Part shown: piece by piece, positions 28,304 through 37,841 of the stretch | Layout of the letters: each line of letters starts with the position of its first letter | How positions within the stretch are numbered: the stretch's first letter is position 1 | Source of the DNA: Thermoproteota archaeon | GTDB lineage: Archaea; Korarchaeota; Korarchaeia; Korarchaeales; Korarchaeaceae | Assembly: GCA_027492205.1 (NCBI GenBank) | Contig: JAOZFN010000016.1 | Coordinates: forward strand, 1-64,000 | DNA length: 64,000 nucleotides | Direction of reading: 5' to 3' | The notes under the pieces: model-generated | What the model was told of the DNA's origin: nothing | The model's input: the letters and a program-made list of their open reading frames with translations, nothing else | Database searches by the model: none | Translations under genes and position numbers: made by a program

Positions 28304-28505
28304 CGTGGGGTCGTGGCCTGATGACCTCCTCGCGCCTGCGCCCAAGAGGGCCGGAAGGCGGGAGCCTCCCGCGCGCGAGCCGGTACGAGACCCCGCCTTA
28401 GAGCACCCGGGGCATCCGGCCGTCCCGCCTCACGGGGGGTAACGTTCGGAGCGTCGTGGCGCGCGGCGGAGGGGACAACGTTATGAGCCCCCATGGAGGG
28501 GGCCG

Positions 28506-29783
28506 GTGGTGGGCTGCGAACCGATCGCCATGGCGGCGGGAAGGCCCTGGTCCCCTCCGCCCGAGGAGCTTGCCTCCGCTCGAACGCTGGACTCGTGGGT
28601 CCCCATCGACGGGTTCGTGGGGGCCCTGATCTGGGTGGAGGGAGAGGTTTACCACACGGCATTCTCGTGCCAGGGGGAGGAGGCCGAGCTCACTCCCGGC
28701 TTCGCTTCCGGCATACTCGAGGGATCTCTTCGGGGCTACAGCTTTGAGGTCGTGAGAGAGTCTCCCACGCACCTGTTCTTCGAGGAGGGGCTTGTTGATC
28801 CCTTCGGGCCCGTCCACCTGCTCGCCCACCCCGCGGGCTCGGTAGTGATCAGGGGCTTTCGCCGAGTCGACTGGGCTATGAGGGAGCTCGAGCTCGTTCG
28901 CTGGGTCGATCGGTTGGACTGGCTTCTCAAACCCGTCTCGCTGGCCTGGAGAGGGTCGGCGCCGGCCTTCGCCGTCTACGCGCTCCCGAGGGTGGAGTAC
29001 CTCGGACGGGAGCTGGCGCTGGCCCTCGTCGGAGCCTCGCCGCTTCACTCCGGTAGGCCCGCCGGGCTGGCGGCGGAACTCGGGAGAAGGGCGGCGGAAC
29101 TCCAGGCGGCCGCCTACGGGTACAGGGCGGAGACGGGAGGCGCGACCCTGGCGGAGGAGAGGGTCAGGGAGTTGGCCGAGTCCATCATGAGGAGGTACGG
29201 CGAACTCGCCGCCCTGACCGCCAGGGCCTCGGATCCCCTCCTGGGTAGGCTTGCGGGGCTCGCGGCCGGCCCCGCGAAGAATGCCGCGAGAGTTGTTGCA
29301 GCCATGGCCGGCTCTCCAGGCGGGGCCATAGGGTCCTTCGTCCCCACCCTGACCGCACAGACCTGGGAGGGACCCACTCCACTGAGTCTCCAGGGTGGAG
29401 AGTGGCCCTCATCGCCCTGCGGGCCGGACGGTCACCCTCTGAGCGATCTAGGGGGTGCGTCAGCCGACTTGAGGGTAGCCGCGTTTCTGGAGGCGTCTCA
29501 GGAGCTCGGAGGATGGGCGAAGGCAGCCAGGTCCGCTCTGAGAGGCGAGCTCGGCGACCCGAGGGAGGCCGTCGACTCTGCCGTGGCCGAGATCGCGCGT
29601 GGATACGTGAAGGGTAGGGCAGAGGCCCCCGTTCCGTGGAGAGTCGAGTCTTGGAGAGACTTGAAACCGGCGATCGAGGCGTGGGAGGTTGCCAGGCTCG
29701 TGGACCTGGCCATCCGATCGCTCGAGACCGGGGATGAGGGGACCGCGGGGGCCGCCCTCGTCGCGGCCGCGGGAGGGGTGTGA
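28506..29783 (+). CDS. Hypothetical protein, remote maltokinase/APH-fold homolog with degenerate catalytic motifs
   Basis: RGFRRV...ELELVRW, ELGRRAAELQAA and HPLSDLGG...L..AA resemble maltokinase blocks; HGD and DFEG are absent. Confidence 0.55.
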   Translation: MVGCEPIAMAAGRPWSPPPEELASARTLDSWVPIDGFVGALIWVEGEVYHTAFSCQGEEAELTPGFASGILEGSLRGYSFEVVRESPTHLFFEEGLVDPFGPVHLLAHPAGSVVIRGFRRVDWAMRELELVRWVDRLDWLLKPVSLAWRGSAPAFAVYALPRVEYLGRELALALVGASPLHSGRPAGLAAELGRRAAELQAAAYGYRAETGGATLAEERVRELAESIMRRYGELAALTARASDPLLGRLAGLAAGPAKNAARVVAAMAGSPGGAIGSFVPTLTAQTWEGPTPLSLQGGEWPSSPCGPDGHPLSDLGGASADLRVAAFLEASQELGGWAKAARSALRGELGDPREAVDSAVAEIARGYVKGRAEAPVPWRVESWRDLKPAIEAWEVARLVDLAIRSLETGDEGTAGAALVAAAGGV

Positions 29784-30314
29784 GAGGCGGCCGGTGTCGG
29801 GGTCTCGAGAGCCCCCTGGCTCACTGCCCCCGTAGCTTGGTCTCCTCCGGGCGAAGAGCGCCACGTAGACCGCGAGGGCGAGGAGGAGCATCGCCGCCGC
29901 GTACATCGCCGCCCTGACGATGGACATGCCCCTCGCGACCCTAGCGGTGACGTTGACCTCGCACTCGCCGCCGGGGGTGACGAGGGTTGCCCTGATCTCG
30001 ATCGCCCCGGCCTCCCTGGTCGGCTCGATGGGGATTCCCCTGACCACCTGCTGTCCCGGGACCAGGGTCGCCTCGAAGTACGCGGGCTGCAGGTCCCCCG
30101 TTACCGTCACGGATACCTCCACGGTGTCCGACCCGAGGTTGGTGAGCACGATCGCCGCCTCGTCTCCCGGCCTCACCAGCTGGAGGGAGGAGACCTCCAT
30201 CCTCACGCCGCCGCACTCGGACACGGGCTCAGCCGCGGCGGGGACTGAGGAGAGCAGGACTGCGACCGCCACGATCGCGGCAACCCCGGCGCGCGCGGCT
30301 AGCGCCACTGCCAC
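29460..30314 (-). CDS. Secreted/membrane-anchored Ig-like protein; the true 3' end is probably near 29820
   Basis: Signal peptide, beta-rich domain, TM helix then RRR; the tail overlaps the opposite-strand gene by 324 nt. Confidence 0.6.
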   Translation of the reverse strand: MAVALAARAGVAAIVAVAVLLSSVPAAAEPVSECGGVRMEVSSLQLVRPGDEAAIVLTNLGSDTVEVSVTVTGDLQPAYFEATLVPGQQVVRGIPIEPTREAGAIEIRATLVTPGGECEVNVTARVARGMSIVRAAMYAAAMLLLALAVYVALFARRRPSYGGSEPGGSRDPDTGRLSHPSRGRDEGGPRGPLIPGLERSDGQVHEPGNLPRLDRRFQVSPRLDSPRNGGLCPTLHVSTRDLGHGRVDGLPRVAELASQSGPGCLRPSSELLRRLQKRGYPQVG

Positions 30315-30517
30315 ACCCCTCTCGCGTCCCGGTCCCGAGGGTATAATTGTGAGTTACCCGAAGGGGTCTTAACCCTAGGGGGCTCCCGGGGGCTGGCGGT
30401 CGCTTGACGGACAGAGGGTGCTGCCGTCCGGCATCGGGGTCTCGGGGTCCGATCGCCGCGCCCCCGGGGTTGGCCGCCCGCTGCTTTAATACCTCGACCG
30501 CCTAGGCGGTGTGAGGG

Positions 30518-31391
30518 GTGCCGAGATTTAGGGGGTGTAACCTCCCGGGTTTCTATCGGGGCCGTCTTTCTCGCCGCGCTGGCCGCGGCGGCCGTCACCG
30601 GCTACGCGGAGCATGGGAACGAGGGCCCCCTGGTGGCGGTAATGTTCGACGACGGGTGGCTGGACCAGTACCGGAACGCCCTCCCGATCCTGCTGGAGTA
30701 CGACATACCCGCCACGTTCGCCGTCCAGGTTGAGGCGGTGGGGCTGGATCGAGGGACCAGGGCGGCCCGAATGAACCTGAAAGAGCTCAGAGAACTCAGA
30801 GACTTGGGGATGGAGTTCGCCTCCCACTCCATGACTCACCCAAACCTGACCCGTGCGGATTCCCTCACACTCATCAGGGAGCTGGAGGTCTCTAGGGACA
30901 GGCTCGGGCGAATGGGCCTAGAGCCCCTCATCTTCGTCTACCCGTATGGGGAGTGGAACGAGAGCGTCGCCAAGTACGTGGAGGAGGCCGGGTACGCAGG
31001 CGCCAGGACGCTCGATCCCGTCTACGTGAACCTTAGCGACCTCAACGGGTCCCCCAGGTACTGGATGGGCGGCTGGTCCATAACCAACGAGACCGCCGAG
31101 GACGTAAGGTACATAATCGACTCGGCTGGGCCGGATCAGCTCGTGATCCTCGTGTACCACCACGTGAGCGACGACGGGCCGCTCGAGTCCACGACTGGGG
31201 TCGAGGCCTTCAGGTCCCACATGAGGCTCCTGAGGGAGGGGGGCTACCGGGTGATCCTCCTCTCGGAGGTTCTCCCGCAGAGCGAGGATTACGCCGCCGG
31301 CTGGCTTCCCCTGGCAGCCACGAGTGTCGCGGTCCTGACGGTCGGGGCCATCGCCGTCGACGCGTTTAGGAAGAAGGGGGCGGTGGTCTGA
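30518..31391 (+). CDS. Membrane-anchored polysaccharide deacetylase (NodB/CE4), frameshifted near the 5' end
   Basis: MFDDG, SHSMTHP, YPYG and LVYHHV motifs; C-terminal TM plus RKK. The signal peptide is in frame upstream of 30633 but joins GTG 30518 only if one G is removed from 30531-30535. Confidence 0.82.
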
Positions 31392-32182
31392 TGCCCGGGG
31401 GGCTGGCCGCGGGGCGATCTCCGGGGGAGACCGGCCGAGGCGCGCCCTGGTCTTCTCTCGCCGTCGACCGGTGGCCGGGCCGGGGAGCGGTGTTAAGGGC
31501 GTTGGGACGTAGAGGGAGTGGGGGAGTGACGCTCCACCGGGTTCTCATGCCGTACTCCATCGCCAGGTATCGCGTCGAGGCCAAGTCCGGCAGGGTGGCG
31601 GAGGGCCTCACGGCGATCAACGCCGCCCTCGATCCCTATCCAGAGGACCTGAGCCAGGCGCTCACCCTGTTCAGGCCCAAGCTGTTGAAGATGGAGCGAA
31701 CGCCCGCCGAGAGCCGTGAGGCGCGCGTCATCAGTCCCTCCGGCCGCGACCACAGGCTGCTGATCGAGAAGGTGGCCTGGTGGCTCTCAGAGCTGAGCGA
31801 CGAGATGGAGGAGCTGGAGAGCAAGCTCAGGGCCGCGAGCAGAGAGGTCAAGAGGAGCATCCTGATCCCCGGGTCCCCGTCCCTGGCCAGGGCGGACAGG
31901 GAGCTGAGGGACTACCTGGGGAGCATGAGGGCCAAGAGGGAGGCCTTCAACCTCCTGTTCGGGCTCCCCTGGGGAGAGGAGGTCGAGAAAGTCGAGGTCG
32001 AGCCGGCTGACAGGGTGTACCAGAGGGTGTGGGTGGTCCTCCCCGCCGATGGCCCCCCTCTCGTGGTCGAGGCCGAGGGTAGGGGCGGGGCCAGGCTGGA
32101 CGAGGGTCTTCGCAGGCTCCTGGCGTCCTCGGATGCCGCATCGAGGCACGTCCTCTCCTCCATCAGGAGGGTCAGTAAGTAA
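31391..32182 (+). CDS. Hypothetical protein with central coiled coil (likely start GTG 31526)
   Basis: Host-like codon usage; no recognisable motif. Confidence 0.6.
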   Translation: MPGGLAAGRSPGETGRGAPWSSLAVDRWPGRGAVLRALGRRGSGGVTLHRVLMPYSIARYRVEAKSGRVAEGLTAINAALDPYPEDLSQALTLFRPKLLKMERTPAESREARVISPSGRDHRLLIEKVAWWLSELSDEMEELESKLRAASREVKRSILIPGSPSLARADRELRDYLGSMRAKREAFNLLFGLPWGEEVEKVEVEPADRVYQRVWVVLPADGPPLVVEAEGRGGARLDEGLRRLLASSDAASRHVLSSIRRVSK

Positions 32183-32235
32183 AGTATGGAGATTATGGAT
32201 TATATAGACGAGCCCCGTGGGCCCGGTGAGGAGGT

Positions 32236-34065
32236 ATGGGGGAGGCCCTAGGCCGAAGGAGACTCGTGGTGGCGATCCTCTCCGCGGCCATGCCCATAGG
32301 TGCGGCCACGGGAGTACAGAGGTCGGTCATGACCCTCTACACCGCCAGCCTCGTCGGGGCCGCCTCGTACCTCCTGACGTACATGCCAATCCTCAGCTTC
32401 GGGCTCTTGAAGGGGACCGTTGATCTCGTCGGCGGCTGGTTCTCCGATCGATTCGGACGCAGGCTCGCTCTCACCTTGGGCTCGGCAGTCTACCTCGCCG
32501 GCGCGGCTATGATCTACCTCTGGGGAACCCTGGAGGCGCTCGTCGCGGGCAACCTGCTGGTGGGGGCCGGGGAGGGGCTAACCCTCTCGGCCGCGATGAT
32601 AGCCCTCTCGGACGTCGGGGGGTCCAGGCAGGCCTTCGGGTTCGGGCTGATGGAGAGCTCCGTCTACGGGGGGTACGGCGTTGGCTCCGTCATAGCAGGG
32701 TACGTGGCCGGCATGAGGGGGTACAGGGACGCGTTCGTCGTGTCCGTCGCGTCCGCATCCCTGGCCTTCCTCGTCGCCGTCTCGGCGGTGAGGGAGACGC
32801 GGGGCATGGCGAGAGAGGTCCCGGGGAGGTCCATCGGGAGGGACATGTCCTCGGGGGAGGTCTACAGGAGGTGCCTGCAGAGCTGGACCCTCAGAGTGGT
32901 CTACTTCCTGGGGCACCTGGCGAACTTCTCGGACACCCTCATCTGGGGGGCATTCCCGCTCTACTTGGTGAGCCGGGGCCTCCCTGAGCACGCGGTCGGC
33001 TGGGTCCAGGGGGCCGCGACGCTCACCTGGGCGGCCTCGATGCCCTTCACGGGTAGGATATCCGACAGGCTGGGCCGAAAGCTCCCCTCCGCCGTGGGCC
33101 TCGCCCTGAAGGCCGTCGGGATACTCGGGGTCTACCTCAGCCGAGGGTTCGAGGAGTCCCTGACCTCCGCGGCCGTGATCGGGCTGGGCGTCGGGCTGTA
33201 CTACCCGATAATGCCCGCAATATCCACGGACGTGGTGCCGTCGGCCGTGAGGGGCAGGGCGCTGGGGCTGTACAGGGCGATCAGGGACTTCGGGTACCTG
33301 ACCGGCGCTCTCGCCCTGGGCCTGGTGAGCGCCTTCGGGCAGGTATACGCCTTCGCGCTCACGGCGGCCCTGCTGGCGGTGGGCATAGTGGCCTTCGCCG
33401 TGGGGATCAAGGAGACGAGGCCCTTCTGGCCCGCCTACCCGGAGACGGTCGAGCACTCCAAGAAGGTCTTGGAGATGGTCCGCCTACTGGAGCAGGCCAT
33501 AGCCGCCCACGGCGAGGGCGACCTCGACAGGGTACGGAGCCTGGCCGGCAGGATCAAGGAACTCGAGGACGAGGCGGACGCGCTGAGGGTGGCGATAGAC
33601 CGGACCCTGTGGCTCAGCGCCCTCAGCGGGCAGGACAAGGCCGACTTCGCCAGGCTGACCAACCGGGTTGAGAAGGTCGCAGCCTACGTCCTCGGCTCCT
33701 CGCGGAGGCTCCTCCTCGTGGAGCCGGAGGAGGTGTCGGGGGAGCTGGCCGCCACCCTGGTTCAGTTCTCCAGGGGACTGGAGAGAGAGGTGGAGATGCT
33801 CACCAGGGCCATAGAGGTGCTGGGGCTGGAGATCGAAGCCGCGCTGCCCCTGATCGACGAGGTCGGAGATCTGGAGAGCGAGCTGGACTCGCTCCACCAG
33901 AGGGCCCTGCACGAGCTCGAGGGCATCGCCAGGGGCGTCGACGTTCTGACTCTCTTGAACCTCCGCGAGCTCGTCCAGTTCCTCGAGTACGCGGCGGACG
34001 CGGCCGAGGACGCCGCGGACGTGCTCAGGGTGATCGTGTTCAAGCACAGCGCGTGGGCTATCTGA
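32236..34065 (+). CDS. MFS transporter fused to a C-terminal PhoU-like DUF47 domain
   Basis: GWFSDRFGRR and GRISDRLGRK (MFS motif A), about 12 TM; C-terminus IKELEDEADALR...LESELDSL...ADAAEDAADVL typical of DUF47. Confidence 0.85.
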   Translation: MGEALGRRRLVVAILSAAMPIGAATGVQRSVMTLYTASLVGAASYLLTYMPILSFGLLKGTVDLVGGWFSDRFGRRLALTLGSAVYLAGAAMIYLWGTLEALVAGNLLVGAGEGLTLSAAMIALSDVGGSRQAFGFGLMESSVYGGYGVGSVIAGYVAGMRGYRDAFVVSVASASLAFLVAVSAVRETRGMAREVPGRSIGRDMSSGEVYRRCLQSWTLRVVYFLGHLANFSDTLIWGAFPLYLVSRGLPEHAVGWVQGAATLTWAASMPFTGRISDRLGRKLPSAVGLALKAVGILGVYLSRGFEESLTSAAVIGLGVGLYYPIMPAISTDVVPSAVRGRALGLYRAIRDFGYLTGALALGLVSAFGQVYAFALTAALLAVGIVAFAVGIKETRPFWPAYPETVEHSKKVLEMVRLLEQAIAAHGEGDLDRVRSLAGRIKELEDEADALRVAIDRTLWLSALSGQDKADFARLTNRVEKVAAYVLGSSRRLLLVEPEEVSGELAATLVQFSRGLEREVEMLTRAIEVLGLEIEAALPLIDEVGDLESELDSLHQRALHELEGIARGVDVLTLLNLRELVQFLEYAADAAEDAADVLRVIVFKHSAWAI

Positions 34066-34111
34066 TCCTAGAGTCCAGACTGCCGTTTGGAGGAGCCCAA
34101 GCCCCCGGAGG

Positions 34112-35533
34112 GTGTTTTTAGCCTTCATCGACGTCGCCTCAGCGATGATCCCTCCCGAGGTGGAACTCGCCAGGGGCGGCCTCGCGAGGGGAGGGGACCC
34201 GCTCGGCCTGGGACCTCGGGTGAGGTCCGCCTGGGCAGAGGGCCTCGACCTGCCCTCGCGGGGGGAGCTTCTCTTCTACGCCGGGGACTTCTACCCGGTG
34301 ATGGGATACGCGGAGCTCCTACTCAGGCTCACCAGGTCTCCCCTCAGCACCAGGAGGCTGGCCTCCCTGGGCGGCGCGCTCATGAGGCTCGGCCTCCTCC
34401 CCGCGGCCCTCAGGATCGCGGGCCGGGGGGCCAACTCCAGGTATCAGGCCAGCCTCCGGAAGGCGGTCAACACTCTGATCAGGCTGGGCGTGAGGCCGGC
34501 CATCCTGAGGGAGGAGGAACCCTCCTTCGGCGCAGTACTGCACACCTACGGGCTCCTCGACGAGTTCTCGGAGCACGCCAGGGGGGTGTGGGAGAGGCTC
34601 AGGGAGGCCGGGGTCAGGACGATCGTGACCCCCGACCCTGTGGCCGCCCTCTTCTTCCGCAAGCACTACCCCGAGTTCGTGGACGGCTGGGACGTAGACG
34701 CAGTCACGTGGGTCGAGCTGGTCGCGGAGAGGGTCGCCTCGGAGGGGGTGCGGCTGGGGCCCGTCTCAAGGTGGGCGATGCGGGTCACCTACCACGACCC
34801 GTGCGTTCAGAGCAGGATCATGGGCGTGGTGGAGCAGCCGAGGTTCCTGATATCGGAGATCCCGGGGGTGGAGCTCGTCGAGCCCACCAGGAGGGGAGTC
34901 AACACCGGCTGCTCCGGGGACGGGGGCCTGGAGCTGGTCCAGCCGGAGGTCGCCCGCAGGCTGGCCCGGGCCAGGGGGGAGGAGCTCAAGAACACGGGCG
35001 CCGAGCTGGCCCTGACCACCTGTCCGGCCTGCCTCCTCACCCTGCGCGCTTCCGGGGTGGAGATGTTCTTCGGGGACCTGATCGACATGGTGCACGACGC
35101 CCTGCTGTCGGCAAAGAGGGGAGCGCCGAGGGAGATCGCGTGGGCCGGCGCGAGGAGGCCGCTGAGGCTGACCAAGCCGAGGGGGCTGTCCGTCGAGGGG
35201 CTGACAAGCACCCTGGCCGAGCTCGCCTCCAGGTGCGTGAGGTGCGGCTTCTGCAACCCCACCTGCTCAACCGCCCAGGTCCTGGACGGGCTCGAGAGCC
35301 GGAGCGCCAGGGGGAGGGTCACGCTGATCAGGGCCATGGTCGAGGGCAGGGACCTGAGGCCCGGGGAGGTCCTGGACAGGCTCTACACCTGCGTGCTATG
35401 CGGGGCCTGCGAGCTGGCCTGTCCCGCCGGACTGCCCGTGCCGGACATGATCATCTACGGGAGGGCCCTGGCCATCAAGCTGGGGCTCGTCGAGAGGGAG
35501 GGGTTGGGGGTTGACGGAGGAGATCGGAGGTGA
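34112..35533 (+). CDS. GlcF/HdrD-like Fe-S oxidoreductase with CCG domains first and the 2x[4Fe-4S] domain last
   Basis: YHDPC, GCSGDGG and TTCPAC; C-terminal CVRCGFCNPTC, SARGR and CVLCGACELACP. Confidence 0.82.
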   Translation: MFLAFIDVASAMIPPEVELARGGLARGGDPLGLGPRVRSAWAEGLDLPSRGELLFYAGDFYPVMGYAELLLRLTRSPLSTRRLASLGGALMRLGLLPAALRIAGRGANSRYQASLRKAVNTLIRLGVRPAILREEEPSFGAVLHTYGLLDEFSEHARGVWERLREAGVRTIVTPDPVAALFFRKHYPEFVDGWDVDAVTWVELVAERVASEGVRLGPVSRWAMRVTYHDPCVQSRIMGVVEQPRFLISEIPGVELVEPTRRGVNTGCSGDGGLELVQPEVARRLARARGEELKNTGAELALTTCPACLLTLRASGVEMFFGDLIDMVHDALLSAKRGAPREIAWAGARRPLRLTKPRGLSVEGLTSTLAELASRCVRCGFCNPTCSTAQVLDGLESRSARGRVTLIRAMVEGRDLRPGEVLDRLYTCVLCGACELACPAGLPVPDMIIYGRALAIKLGLVEREGLGVDGGDRR

Positions 35534-35539
35534 GGTGGG

Positions 35540-36946
35540 TTGGTCTTGAGCGAGGACGCGTCTGAGGCCTTTTCCAGGGCCATCAGGGAGATCTCCCGGA
35601 GGATTGGAGGGGAGAAGGTCCTGACGGACCCGGAGGACCTGATCCCCTACTCGATCGACGCCAGCAAGAGGTTCGAGGGGGTCCCCTGGGCCGTCGTGAG
35701 GGTGAACTCCACCGAGGACGTCTCTGCGGTGCTCCAGGTAGCCGACAGGGAGAGGATCCCCGTGATCCCGAGGGGGTCCGCCAGCTGCCTCACGGGCGCC
35801 GTGGTGGCGAAGAGGGGGGGAATAGTGATCGACCTGCTGCCCATGCACCGGGTGGAGGTCTACCCCGAGGACCTGGTCGTGATGGCAGAGGCGGGGGCCA
35901 CGGTCCAGAAGGTGGACGAGGAGTGCAGGAGGCACGGCCTGATGTTCCCGCCGGACCCCGCCAGCTCTAAGGTGGCGACGGTCGGAGGGGCGCTGGCCGA
36001 GAACGCCGGCGGCATAAGGGGGGCCAAGTACGGGGTGATGAAGAACTGGCTCCTCGCCCTGGAGGTCGTCCTGCCGGGAGGTAGGGTGCTCAGGGTCGGT
36101 GAGCCCACCCTGAAGTGGAGGTGGGGCCCGGACCTCACCGGCCTCTTCGTGGGGTCGGAGGGCTGGCTGGGCGTGATAACGAGGGCCTGGTTCAAGGTCA
36201 TCCCCGCCCCCGAGAGGGTGGTCAGGGTGGTGGGCGTGTTCCCCGACATGGAGTCCGCGGGCAGGGCGGCGGCGGACATCAGGGCGAGCGGGATCCTCCC
36301 GCTGGGGCTCGAGATCATGAACGCGGAGACGCTCAGGGCCGTCTCCAGGGCCACGGGCATCGACCTCCCACGGGAGGGGGCCATGCTCATAGCGGACGTG
36401 GACGGGCCCAGGGAGGCCATCTCCAGGCTGGCCGAGGCCGTGGCCGAGTGCATGAGGCGGGCCGGGGGGGAGGTCACGCTGAGCGACGATCCGGAGGAGA
36501 TGGAGCGCCTCTACCTCGCCAGGAAGATGGCCTACGCCTCGCTCACGAGGCTGTACAGGGCCGTCGAGATTGAGGACATCACGGTCCCGCTGTCTAGGTT
36601 CCCGGAGGCCCTCAGGAGGATCGACGAGCTGGCTAAGAGGTACGGCCTCCCGCTGCCCACCTTTGGACACGCGGGGGACGGGAACGTGCATCCCACCATA
36701 TGCTACGACCCGGACGACGAGGATCAGGTCAGGAGGGCCAGGCGGCTGGCGGAGGAGATATGCGACGTTGCCATCGAGCTCGGGGGCGCCGTGAGCGGAG
36801 AGCACGGGATAGGAATCCAGAAGACAGGGGCCCTGAGGAGGGAGCTGAGGGCGAGGGGGGCGGAACACTACCTAGACCTGCTGAGGGAGATCAAGAGGAT
36901 CCTAGACCCCAACAACATCATGAATCCGGGGAACTTCGACCTCTGA
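35540..36946 (+). CDS. FAD-linked oxidase, GlcD/D-lactate dehydrogenase family
   Basis: PRGS, FPPDPAS, ENAGG, KYG, GSEG, GHAGDGNVH, GEHGIG and DPNNIMNPG motifs. Confidence 0.93.
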   Translation: MVLSEDASEAFSRAIREISRRIGGEKVLTDPEDLIPYSIDASKRFEGVPWAVVRVNSTEDVSAVLQVADRERIPVIPRGSASCLTGAVVAKRGGIVIDLLPMHRVEVYPEDLVVMAEAGATVQKVDEECRRHGLMFPPDPASSKVATVGGALAENAGGIRGAKYGVMKNWLLALEVVLPGGRVLRVGEPTLKWRWGPDLTGLFVGSEGWLGVITRAWFKVIPAPERVVRVVGVFPDMESAGRAAADIRASGILPLGLEIMNAETLRAVSRATGIDLPREGAMLIADVDGPREAISRLAEAVAECMRRAGGEVTLSDDPEEMERLYLARKMAYASLTRLYRAVEIEDITVPLSRFPEALRRIDELAKRYGLPLPTFGHAGDGNVHPTICYDPDDEDQVRRARRLAEEICDVAIELGGAVSGEHGIGIQKTGALRRELRARGAEHYLDLLREIKRILDPNNIMNPGNFDL

Positions 36947-37026
36947 GGGCGATTGTGGTCGATGCCGGGATCCCTAACCACGCGAGCTTATATAGTGGGA
37001 CGTGGGAATCCCACATGGGTATCACG

Positions 37027-37284
37027 ATGTCCACGGAGGAGGTAGCGGTGGTGGAGATGGACGACAGGGGGAGGGTCCTCATACCCAGCCCCATCAGGAG
37101 GAGGCTCAAGTCGAGGGTCTTCACGTTGAGGCTCCTCTCCGAGGGAGCCCTCCTGCTCAGGCCGATTGGGGAAGAGGTAGAAGAGATGGGAGGAAAGTAC
37201 AGGGGGGTGATCAAGACCCAGAGCTTCGAGGAGTTGGAGGAGGCTCAGGAGGAGCTCCTCAGGAGGGAGGGCAGGGTCCGATGA
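37027..37284 (+). CDS. AbrB/MazE-type antitoxin
   Basis: MDDRGRVLIPSPIRRRL; TTATATA box near 36988. Confidence 0.85.
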   Translation: MSTEEVAVVEMDDRGRVLIPSPIRRRLKSRVFTLRLLSEGALLLRPIGEEVEEMGGKYRGVIKTQSFEELEEAQEELLRREGRVR

Positions 37285-37715
37285 TCAGGGGCCCCCTCCT
37301 CCTAGACGCCGACTTCTTCATCTCCTACCTTACCGGCGATCTCCTGTTTGAACACAGCAGGCGGGTCATGCGGTTCATCCTCGGCGGAGCCATCAAGCCG
37401 CACGCGTCGAGCGAGGTCTACGACGACATAGCCTCGGCGCTCAGGAGCCAGGGGGTCTCCCTGGAGGAGGTCGAGTCATTCCTGAGGGACGTGGCCGCCA
37501 TCCCGCACAGGACGATCCCAATCACCTCCGAAGTGGCCGCTGAGGCCATCAGAATATATCGAGAGCACGGGGGGCCGAGGAGGCTCCACTACTTCGACTC
37601 CTTCCACGTGGCCCTCGCTAGGCAGAGGGGTCTCCCCATCCTCACGAGCGACAGGTACATCCTGAGGAACGCCGACAGGTTGGGGGTGAGAGCGGTAGAC
37701 CTGCGAGAGATTTAG
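37281..37715 (+). CDS. vapC: PIN-domain (VapC) toxin
   Basis: LLLDADFFI, YFDSFHVALA and ILTSD; ATGA overlap with the antitoxin gene. Confidence 0.88.
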   Translation: MIRGPLLLDADFFISYLTGDLLFEHSRRVMRFILGGAIKPHASSEVYDDIASALRSQGVSLEEVESFLRDVAAIPHRTIPITSEVAAEAIRIYREHGGPRRLHYFDSFHVALARQRGLPILTSDRYILRNADRLGVRAVDLREI

Positions 37716-37841
37716 GCCTTGCCCTCCTAGACCCTCTCCCTTGACCTTCCCCCCTCTCTACACCTCGGGAGGTTCCAGGCTGGGGGCTCGGCGCTGTCCC
37801 CGGGGGGCCAACCGTTTTATGAAGGGGGCTGGTCGGAGCCC

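Noticed and set aside
34087-36868. Long alternative-frame ORFs (34087-35514 +, 35396-36868 -, also 22725-23912 +)
   Set aside because: These are shadow ORFs of GC-rich genes, Arg/Gly/Pro-rich and without motifs.
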